DNA from: a virus
Lineage: Duplodnaviria; Caudoviricetes
Length of the DNA: 64,000 nt
Direction: 5' to 3' (one strand)
IMG/VR virus record: IMGVR_UViG_2974511964_000001
Location: 32,001 to 96,000 of that record
Both the position numbers and the translations under genes were made by a program. This document shows, in pieces, positions 10,259 through 18,060 of the stretch (its first letter is position 1; every line of letters begins with the position of its first letter). The notes below the pieces were generated by a model, which worked only from the letters and a program-made list of their open reading frames with translations, made no database searches and had not been told where the DNA came from.

Positions 10259-11658
10259 TGAAATTTAGCCTTAAGAAGGCCATAGCGGGCGTTTCGGTGT
10301 TATTTGGTGTATTAACCCTAGGAGTGTCTGTAAAGCCAACACAGGCTTCTGCTGTTTCTACTAGTAAGGGTGCTGTCGTTAAACCAGTTATAGATATTTC
10401 AGAATGGCAAGGCTCAGTTTCCCTAGCACAAGCCAAATCTATGAAATATGAAAACTCTTTCGTGATAGTTAGAGTTCAATATGGCTCAAACTATCAGGAC
10501 GTTCAGTACAAGAATACAATATCTAACTTAGAAAAGGCTGGCACGCCATATGGTGTCTATTCATATTCTAGATATGTAAACGCTAGCGATGCAAAGCAAG
10601 AAGCTAAAGACTTACACAACCGAGCAAAGAATGCAAAATTCTATGCTAATGATGCCGAAGAGCTCACTACTACTAGTGGAACTTATTCTAGTGCTGTAAC
10701 AGCTTGGGGTAAGGAAATGCAGAGCCTAACAAATAAACCTGTTATCCTTTATTCAGGTAGCTGGTTCTATTCAAGATATATTGGAACTATGTCATATTAT
10801 GATGCTTTCTGGGAAGCTAACTACAACAACACGTACTATGGAGACACATCATTATGGCAGTATACCGATTCAGGATATTCATCTGCTCTTAAACGAGGAG
10901 TTGATACTAGTAAGGTAATCACCTCTAAGCATCCAGTTAGTTGGTGGATTGGCTCTAGCGCTGCTGGCAAACAACAAGTAAATAAGTATAACGTTGGTGG
11001 CTATAAAGTAGGAGATAAAGTTAAGATTAATTCTGGTGTTGCTAAATGGGATGATGGTGCTACTACCACTCCAATTAACAAATCAGTTTTGAGTAAGACT
11101 TACACTGTATCTCAAATTAAGACGGTTACTAAAGGTAAATCAAACCAATTGGTATTATTGAGTAGTAACGGAAAGACAGTTGGCTGGGTATTAGCTGAAC
11201 ATATTTCTAAGCAAGGCTCAACTGCTAAGCCAAATACCTCTACAAGCTCATATAAGGCTTCTAGCCAGACGTATAACCAGAATGGCACCTTCTACCCTAA
11301 TACAACTTTAAACGTTCGTACAGGAGCAGGAACGGGCTATTCTAAGGTAGCTACTTATTTCAGTGGTGAAAGTGTTCAGTATAACCAAGTAATTATTAAG
11401 TCTGATTATGTTTGGGCTAGATATTTACGTTCTAATGGATATTATGGATATATTGCTTTAGGTGTAAATGGCGGTGAAAGCTATGGTAAGCGAGTAGTTA
11501 ACACAGCACCTTCTAAAGTTTACTACACTGTAAAATCCGGTGATAGCTTCTGGAAGATTGCAAATGACCACGGAACAACTATTAGTAATTTAACTAGTTT
11601 AAATGGCCTGTCTATGTACAGCACGATTTATCCGGGACAATCATTAAGAATCAAATAG
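10258..11658 (+). CDS. Endolysin: signal peptide + GH25 muramidase + SH3b-like + LysM
   Basis: DISEWQG, NDAEE, LWQYT motifs; LNVRTGAGTGY SH3b; YTVKSGDSFWKIA LysM; N-terminal basic-hydrophobic stretch ending in A-S-A. Confidence 0.9.
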   Translation: MKFSLKKAIAGVSVLFGVLTLGVSVKPTQASAVSTSKGAVVKPVIDISEWQGSVSLAQAKSMKYENSFVIVRVQYGSNYQDVQYKNTISNLEKAGTPYGVYSYSRYVNASDAKQEAKDLHNRAKNAKFYANDAEELTTTSGTYSSAVTAWGKEMQSLTNKPVILYSGSWFYSRYIGTMSYYDAFWEANYNNTYYGDTSLWQYTDSGYSSALKRGVDTSKVITSKHPVSWWIGSSAAGKQQVNKYNVGGYKVGDKVKINSGVAKWDDGATTTPINKSVLSKTYTVSQIKTVTKGKSNQLVLLSSNGKTVGWVLAEHISKQGSTAKPNTSTSSYKASSQTYNQNGTFYPNTTLNVRTGAGTGYSKVATYFSGESVQYNQVIIKSDYVWARYLRSNGYYGYIALGVNGGESYGKRVVNTAPSKVYYTVKSGDSFWKIANDHGTTISNLTSLNGLSMYSTIYPGQSLRIK

Positions 11659-11664
11659 CATAAA

Positions 11665-11698
11665 AAAAGACCTTACAGAATTAACTGTAGGGTCTTTT
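11665..11698. terminator. Bidirectional intrinsic terminator
   Basis: AAAAGACCTTACAG-loop-CTGTAGGGTCTTTT between the convergent lysin and NUDIX genes. Confidence 0.85.
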
Positions 11699-11711
11699 AG
11701 TTTGTACTAGA

Positions 11712-12248
11712 TTACTTATTACTAATATTTCTAAACTCTTTAATTGCTAGGTTAGCAGCCGCCGAGTGTACTTGGTTCTCAGCAGAATTTAGTGACACCC
11801 ACTTCCAGTCTCCGATGTATTCATCATCATCAAAGTCTGTACTTACCATCTTGTAGTTATCACTAGTTAGTCTAACGATGAAAACATGAGAACGTTCATC
11901 TGTGAAACCCTCTGATAGAGTATAAATTCCAACTCGTTTAAACGCTTTAGGGTCAACTAGCAATCCTGTTTCCTCTTGCAATTCTCTACGAGCGGTAACA
12001 TAGGGGTCTTCATCTTTCTTAATCAACCCTGCTGGAAAGCCAGCAACCGTTTTGTAAAGTGGGCTACGGTATTCATATTCAATTAATACTTTGTTATCTT
12101 TATTAACGACTAGCATTGTGATTGAATCCGACTTTTTAATTATTTCTCGATTAGCTACAACGCCGTTGGCTAACTTAATAGACAAACGATATAAATCAAA
12201 TATAGCACCTTTAAACAGCTTCTCAGAGCTAATTACTTTTGGATTCAT
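11712..12248 (-). CDS. NUDIX hydrolase, ADP-ribose pyrophosphatase-like
   Basis: FPAGL....EDP..TARRELQEETGL Nudix box; EYRSP, S.GFTDE and DDDEYI features of ADPRases. Confidence 0.85.
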   Translation of the reverse strand: MNPKVISSEKLFKGAIFDLYRLSIKLANGVVANREIIKKSDSITMLVVNKDNKVLIEYEYRSPLYKTVAGFPAGLIKKDEDPYVTARRELQEETGLLVDPKAFKRVGIYTLSEGFTDERSHVFIVRLTSDNYKMVSTDFDDDEYIGDWKWVSLNSAENQVHSAAANLAIKEFRNISNK

Positions 12249-12250
12249 AA

Positions 12251-13357
12251 TTACTTACCTCCATTTTTAATTAGCTCTAAGGCTCTCTCATAGCGTGCTA
12301 GGAACCCTTGTGGGTCAGAGCTGTCACCCTTATCGTCTAAAATAACTACTTTGTCAGAAAACCCCTGATTTGAAATCTCTTCCATTAGGTTGTCGTGAAA
12401 GGCATCCCTAGTGCTTTCCCAATCCATATTTCTAAACCCATCATCAACATATTTAGTTACAGGTGGGATAACGATAATTAAATCCCACTCTTCTTTTTTA
12501 ACCGTATTGGCATAAATCTGAGTAAGGTTTTCATAATCCTCTTTAGGAAGATACATCTTAGCATAGACATTAGTAACCATAGCATCAGTGTCACAAATTA
12601 CAATTCCTTGATTAGCTGGGCTATGCATTTCAGCTTTGTTAGCATCATACTGTCCTTGAAAGAAGTGTGAGTAATCATCAACAGTTAGTTCATCATCAGT
12701 TAGATTATACTTTTCTTCATAGTAACGGGCATACTCGGTACTAAATGGAGCATTAACTGAACGAGCTACGTGTTTAATAAGTGTTGATTTACCAACAGAT
12801 GCTGAGCCAACAACCAATACCTTATAGGTAAAGTGACGCCGGAAAACACGATTGATATAGTTCCAATATTTATGTGGGTCATTGCGAATCATTGTTGCTG
12901 ATATTGGGATTACTTTTCTGTCTTCTAGTTTAGTATGCCATTCAGGTAACAGCTCATGGAATTTGTCATCATATTCTTGTTCGCCTGTGTATACTGTGAT
13001 TTCAGCATCCTTATTTGTAGTTGCTTTATCCACAATTTCTTCGAGTTTTAACAACCAAGGCTTCCAACCGTCAGGATAGCGTGGAATATTATCTTCGTTA
13101 AGCATAGCTACCACAATGTTAGGCTCATCAGCAAAGGCTTCTCTTAAATATCTAAACCGTTTATAAAGTGGTAGTCCGATTTTATCTCCTCGGTCACCTT
13201 TATAGCCGCTTACGACTAGTACAACACCATCGTTAACAGCTAGCGCTCTGTATAAATCTTGTTGATGACCCGAGTGGAATGGTGACCAAGTCCCAAAATA
13301 TACACCAATTTTATTACCTGAAAGTTTATTCTTTGTAATCAATTCTAAATTATTCAT
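12251..13357 (-). CDS. nadR: NadR-type bifunctional NMN adenylyltransferase / nicotinamide riboside kinase (no HTH)
   Basis: FGTWSPFHSGH (HxGH), ISATMIR, GSASVGKST Walker A, CDTD, YVDDG.R; likely start ATG at 13357, overlapping the pnuC stop. Confidence 0.92.
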   Translation of the reverse strand: MNNLELITKNKLSGNKIGVYFGTWSPFHSGHQQDLYRALAVNDGVVLVVSGYKGDRGDKIGLPLYKRFRYLREAFADEPNIVVAMLNEDNIPRYPDGWKPWLLKLEEIVDKATTNKDAEITVYTGEQEYDDKFHELLPEWHTKLEDRKVIPISATMIRNDPHKYWNYINRVFRRHFTYKVLVVGSASVGKSTLIKHVARSVNAPFSTEYARYYEEKYNLTDDELTVDDYSHFFQGQYDANKAEMHSPANQGIVICDTDAMVTNVYAKMYLPKEDYENLTQIYANTVKKEEWDLIIVIPPVTKYVDDGFRNMDWESTRDAFHDNLMEEISNQGFSDKVVILDDKGDSSDPQGFLARYERALELIKNGGK

Positions 13358-14120
13358 TATTAGATACCCCACTATTGTTTTCCTTTGTGTACCAAACGTA
13401 AGCTCCATAAATTGCATTAATCGTCATAATTATTTGTAGAATAAACATGCTTAATGCAGAAGCTCCACCACTAGTTAACTGAACATACCAAATGTAAATA
13501 TTTAACAAATCTAGTCCAATCCATACGACCCATTGTGAACGGTACCCATATGTCATTAGAATTTGACCAATAATACCAAGTGGCAATACAGCACTATCTC
13601 TTAGAACTTGATTACCATTAAATTTGAATCCAATATAAACATTTACGGCGTAAAGTGCTAGTAATCCTATTACAGTTAACGTAGCTAATAGTGGGGTAAT
13701 CTTTTTACTGATAACACTATCATCATTTGAGCTATTTAACGTTTTATACCAAACGTAGATACCAACGAACTGCATGATAGTATAAAATATTTGAGAAGAA
13801 ATATCCCCAATTAAACGGTTATGCAAAGAAGCAATTAGCCATGATAGGCTACCAATTGTTCCCCACATGAAATTGGTTAGCTTGCCCTTATCTACTAGTA
13901 TTAAACTCATAGCAGTAGCTACACTAGTAATTACTCCAGCATAACCTGAAAAAGAGAAGTCACCTTGAAACATGAAAGCAACAATTGAAGCACCAACCAT
14001 AAGGAACATTAGTAAATACTCCTTATAATTAAACTCTGTTAATTCCTTGATATTACGCTTAATTGAAAACGTATCTTTAATGCCAGTACCTAATAATTTA
14101 TAATCTATATTTTTAGTCAT
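13350..14120 (-). CDS. pnuC: Nicotinamide riboside transporter PnuC
   Basis: Multiple TM helices; KGKLTNF, GIYVW, GQILM...YRSQWVVWI..D and N..YG...W motifs; upstream of nadR. Confidence 0.9.
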   Translation of the reverse strand: MTKNIDYKLLGTGIKDTFSIKRNIKELTEFNYKEYLLMFLMVGASIVAFMFQGDFSFSGYAGVITSVATAMSLILVDKGKLTNFMWGTIGSLSWLIASLHNRLIGDISSQIFYTIMQFVGIYVWYKTLNSSNDDSVISKKITPLLATLTVIGLLALYAVNVYIGFKFNGNQVLRDSAVLPLGIIGQILMTYGYRSQWVVWIGLDLLNIYIWYVQLTSGGASALSMFILQIIMTINAIYGAYVWYTKENNSGVSNNE

Positions 14121-14127
14121 AATTTTA

Positions 14128-14171
14128 TCTCCTATTGTTTTTACTGTGCCGTGGGCGGAAAGAAACGCACA
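14128..14171 (-). promoter_or_regulatory. NAD+-II (pnuC-motif) riboswitch, compact mini form, overlapping the pnuC SD
   Basis: RNA UGUGCGUUUCUUUCCGCCCACGGCACAGUAAAAACAAUAGGAGA: P1 UGUGC/GCACA, GCGUU..UCCG..CACGGC core, A-rich AAAAACAA linker, UCC able to pair with GGA of the SD; resembles the streptococcal pnuC NAD+-II aptamer as I recall it. Confidence 0.8.
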
Positions 14172-14223
14172 TTTTTATTTAATTTTATTTTCCGTCTATA
14201 TGATATTTAATACTAATCATATC

Positions 14224-14253
14224 TTATGGCGGAGGTCTAAGAGTTATATCCAT
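14224..14253 (-). CDS. Leader peptide MDITLRPPP* (uORF)
   Basis: ATG GAT ATA ACT CTT AGA CCT CCG CCA TAA with SD AAGGGAG (14265-14271), just downstream of the operon promoter. Confidence 0.6.
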   Translation of the reverse strand: MDITLRPPP

Positions 14254-14281
14254 ATAGTCTAATTCTCCCTTCTATATAAAA

Positions 14282-14310
14282 AGTATAGCACTAAATATAT
14301 CATTTGTCAA
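14282..14310 (-). promoter_or_regulatory. Sigma-A promoter of the pnuC-nadR-NUDIX operon
   Basis: TTGACA-17 bp-TATACT with TG extension, minus strand. Confidence 0.85.
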
Positions 14311-14339
14311 TATAATTATTACTAATATTTATAAATGTA

Positions 14340-15345
14340 TGTTTATTCATATAACTATACTTTATTCATTCTATCAAGTATTGTCCGAATGGTCCCGGCT
14401 TAGAACCCGGCCTAGGCTGAGACTATATAATATTAATAGTGTGTCTTCGTTAGTATTTAGTTCTCAACGTCTTGTGGTCTACGTCCCGCTAGTAGTTTAT
14501 AAGCGTTATTAGTCCAGCCCACCTGATTACCATAAATATGTAATCAAAAATCTTTAAGTTCAAGTTCAAATTCCTTATTATGTATTAATAAATCAATCCT
14601 AAACACATGCTATCATACTTAATCTGTAAAACGGTTTTGACCTTGACTCTCCTGCTGTTCAGAGAGAGGGAGTAAGTGAATGAGATACAGTTAGTCCATA
14701 GATGGATAGTTTAGCGTAAATCTATTACTAGAAATACAATACTAAGCTAAGCTCTATGGACAATAACTGCATAATAACTAATTAACTAATCCAACTGTTC
14801 GTCGGTCGGTCGGTCGGTCATTTCAACAGGAGTTGGTTATTCAAGTCACTACGTATTGCTATCCTAACATTGGTTACTACATTGAGTGTTAAGCGATTGT
14901 TTTCTTCATCATGAGGACTTATCGTCTAGCTTTATTATAATCTATTAGGATAGCTCAGCATCTATACTTGTAATACTAACCTAGCTACCAGCATTCCAGC
15001 CACTGGTAGGTTATTCGCATAAGCAGGTTAATATCTCCACCCGTTTTCAGGGCACTGGAAACCTCTTACAGCATTTATTTAACGACCTGCTACTCGGTCA
15101 AACCCACCACTGCAACTCCTAAACGGTGGGTTCCTAGTCACTTTTATAGAATCGGAGGGACTATTCAAATATGCTCCTGTCTCTTTTTGTTTGGTATCAG
15201 TGAATATTACCTTTAGGTGGTCTCGCCTATTGGGTATCCCTATTAAGTTTTAAAGTTATCTTATAGCTCTGCGCATTTCGGTAACTTCTTTTGTAACTAG
15301 GCTATTTAGTTATCCTCGGTTAGCCGTGTAACCTTATTTTTAATT
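14340..15345. ncRNA. Large structured non-coding element (candidate ncRNA and/or replication origin)
   Basis: No ORF of 60 aa or more; many nested helices, e.g. 14688-14702/14753-14769, 14858-14867/14945-14954, 15023-15029/15084-15090, 15101-15108/15125-15132; G-U pairs favour folding of the + strand. Confidence 0.55.
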
Positions 15346-15347
15346 CT

Positions 15348-15376
15348 AGTATACCATACTCTTTTCAAAAGTAAAC
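15348..15376 (-). promoter_or_regulatory. Leftward extended -10 promoter firing into the non-coding element
   Basis: GTTTAC-17 bp-TATACT with TG at the extended -10 position. Confidence 0.5.
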
Positions 15377-15398
15377 CCAATTTATATAGAAAAATTTA

Positions 15399-15427
15399 TT
15401 GACTACTAAATTATATAATGTTACTAT
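15399..15427 (+). promoter_or_regulatory. Sigma-A promoter of the replication operon
   Basis: TTGACT-17 bp-TACTAT with TG extension. Confidence 0.7.
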
Positions 15428-15478
15428 AGTCTATAGAATAAATACATTTCACGGGCATCAATAAGGAGGTGCTATATA

Positions 15479-16540
15479 ATGAATTTAAAAGACCCAAAAT
15501 TTAAAACAGACGATACACCTGTTAAGTTTGCTGATTTTGATGCTTATGTTATCAGCTTAATTTATGACAAATATGTGCAACTTTTTAGACAGAAAGATGC
15601 TGACAATAAGGGAATTGATGCTAGTGTTGAATTAGAAAGAACCGTTGACTCAATTGTTGATAGCAAATTACACTATGCACTGGTTAAAGCCTCCAAGTAT
15701 TTTAGGATTAACCACATTAATCCGGTATATTATTTGTCTGTCGTTTTTAGTAGACACTTATATAATGACAGAAACAAGAAGAGGATTATGAACGTTCCTT
15801 ATGAGGTGGGCCTTGTGTCTGAAACTTATCAGTCGTACTATCAAAACGGCTTAAAGTACGATAGAACTTATCATAAAAACATAAATGGAGTTCCTCATGA
15901 AACAGTAATGTTTCTAGATAATCCCTATATTTCATTTGTGTACCAATACTATGGATTGTTACAGAAGTGTAGATATGATAATGTAGAGATGTCTAAGGAG
16001 TTAAGAACATATCAGTACAATCACTCAATTAAGATTATGACACTGGATGAGAACAAGCTTGATGGCATGTATAGAGAGTACGTAGAGTATAGTCGTAGAT
16101 TAGTAAAGGCATTAAATGTTAGGCATCCAGAGATGTCATTATATGTAATGCAACTATGTAACTATCGCTACCTAGGTGCTATGAACACTCCTATTTTATT
16201 ATTTGGAACATCAAGATATTCTATGAGTGCTATTTCTGATATTAGGTCTGATGAGACAGACAATGAGTTGTACCTTCATTCTCTATTATATGGTTTAAAG
16301 AAGACTTATGACTCTGTGTATGCAGCAACTATTTCAGATGGTGATGAGCTTAAAATAATTAGGGACAACTTACAAACTGACAAAGTGTCAGAGTATTATG
16401 CTATTATCAATATCGGGCGTAAGATTATAGCTTACTTTAGCTCGGACTTGGTAATTAGAACGAAGGCTCGAAAGGTATTTCCTAAGGATTTAAGAGAACA
16501 ATTGTTGGACAGATATGATATGCCAATTATTAATATTTAG
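15479..16540 (+). CDS. Putative Rep-like / replication-associated protein
   Basis: Strong RBS; occupies the position just before the replicative helicase, as in SPO1/Twort-like phages; no motif recognised. Confidence 0.4.
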   Translation: MNLKDPKFKTDDTPVKFADFDAYVISLIYDKYVQLFRQKDADNKGIDASVELERTVDSIVDSKLHYALVKASKYFRINHINPVYYLSVVFSRHLYNDRNKKRIMNVPYEVGLVSETYQSYYQNGLKYDRTYHKNINGVPHETVMFLDNPYISFVYQYYGLLQKCRYDNVEMSKELRTYQYNHSIKIMTLDENKLDGMYREYVEYSRRLVKALNVRHPEMSLYVMQLCNYRYLGAMNTPILLFGTSRYSMSAISDIRSDETDNELYLHSLLYGLKKTYDSVYAATISDGDELKIIRDNLQTDKVSEYYAIINIGRKIIAYFSSDLVIRTKARKVFPKDLREQLLDRYDMPIINI

Positions 16541-16551
16541 GAGGAACAACC

Positions 16552-18057
16552 GTGACAGAAAGTACAAAAACATTACAAGAACAATTATTAGTGAGAGCAT
16601 TAAGCAGTTCATACATTACTAATGCAGTATTAGCTAGAAACACACCATCACTATTGACTAACCCGACTTATCAGGTTCTAGGTAATATATTAGTTAGATA
16701 CTATGCAACGGACACAAAGCCGATTTCAGAAGCAAGTATTAAGCTTGGAATTGATAGATACTTTAAAGATGAAAACAGACGTAGAAGCCATAAGCATGAA
16801 GACCCATTAACACAGCAAGAAGAGCTAGATATTACCCAGACTATTAATGATGTTATGGAAACTAAGCCAGATAGTTCTGATGAAATCGAAGAGTCACTAG
16901 ATAAATATGTTAAGAAGACTTTAGCTTCTGCTGCTATTCTAGAAGAAGCGCAGCGAGACTCAGATGACTTATCTAAGAGAGTTGAAGAAAAACTTGATGA
17001 TATCAACTCATTAGACATCAATGGTAGTGCGGACACTGTTGTTGATGTTTATCGTGATGTTCGTAAGAAGGCAGAAACATATATTAATGATTTGGGCCAA
17101 GCAAAGATACCATCTGGATTAAAAACATTTGACTATGTGATGAGTGGTGGGCTACAAAAAGGCCAAATTGCAATGATTGGTGGTAAATCTGGATTTGGTA
17201 AAACAGTATTTCTATCTAATCTATCCTACTACTACAGTATGGTATCTGGTCATAACGTTCTACAGGTTAGTTTGGAAGAACTGATGGCAGATTCATATAT
17301 GCGTTTTGATAGAATGCACTATCGAGTGACACCGAGTGACATGTTAACTGGAGATGGTAAAATTGACCCCAATTTCATTAAGAATGTTTTAGCTAAGCCT
17401 CATAAGCCAGATAAAGGAACCCTGTTGTTCAAACGATATACGCCTAATACTTTAACTGTTGATGGTTTACGACAGTGTATTGACACATCAGAACGCCAAA
17501 AAGGATTAAAACTCGATGTGGTTGTACTTGACTATGCAGACTTAATGCGTACAGCTAAGAAATCAGATAACGAAGCTGTTCAGGGTGAAGAGCTATTCCA
17601 AAATCTGTCGAAACTAGCGCAGGAAGAAAATGTTATTCTAATTACGGGTACTCAATTGAACCGTTCTGCCGGTAGCCAAGAAGTTATGACGTTAGAGTCA
17701 ATCGAAGGTTCCTACCGTAAGATTAACACTACTGCATTCGCTGGAACTTTAAACGGGACTAAAGAAGAACGTGATGGCGGTTTCATGCGTATTTATTTAG
17801 ATAAGATTCGTAATCGGTTTGTATCTGATGATTATATGCTATTTAAATTTGATAAGGGAACAATGCTTTTAACCGATGAAACTGATGCCGAAAAGGTAGA
17901 ACACATGTCGCTTATCAACCAAGACGCATCAAATATGAAAGCTCAACGTAGAGCAGAGTATGCCAAAGGCAATGGCAATGACACTAGTAATAGCGAAATG
18001 CAAGATAAAGCAAATGAAATTATGTCTAGTTTAATAGGCGGAAATAAGAAGGCTTAA
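16552..18057 (+). CDS. DnaB-like replicative DNA helicase
   Basis: GGKSGFGKT Walker A, SLEE, VVLDYADLM, TGTQLNR, KIRNR. Confidence 0.92.
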   Translation: MTESTKTLQEQLLVRALSSSYITNAVLARNTPSLLTNPTYQVLGNILVRYYATDTKPISEASIKLGIDRYFKDENRRRSHKHEDPLTQQEELDITQTINDVMETKPDSSDEIEESLDKYVKKTLASAAILEEAQRDSDDLSKRVEEKLDDINSLDINGSADTVVDVYRDVRKKAETYINDLGQAKIPSGLKTFDYVMSGGLQKGQIAMIGGKSGFGKTVFLSNLSYYYSMVSGHNVLQVSLEELMADSYMRFDRMHYRVTPSDMLTGDGKIDPNFIKNVLAKPHKPDKGTLLFKRYTPNTLTVDGLRQCIDTSERQKGLKLDVVVLDYADLMRTAKKSDNEAVQGEELFQNLSKLAQEENVILITGTQLNRSAGSQEVMTLESIEGSYRKINTTAFAGTLNGTKEERDGGFMRIYLDKIRNRFVSDDYMLFKFDKGTMLLTDETDAEKVEHMSLINQDASNMKAQRRAEYAKGNGNDTSNSEMQDKANEIMSSLIGGNKKA

Positions 18058-18060
18058 TAT

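Noticed and set aside
14415-14519. GAGACTA/TAGTCC pairing identical to a group I intron P7 G-binding helix
   Set aside because: The helix extends as an ordinary stem (GGCTG/CAGCC), J8/7 lacks the GAUA consensus, and I found no P3-P6 core or interrupted gene. Treated as part of the unknown structured element.
14340-15345. tRNA cluster or tmRNA in the non-coding gap
   Set aside because: No T-loop GTTCRA/CCA cloverleaf or tag reading frame recognised on either strand.
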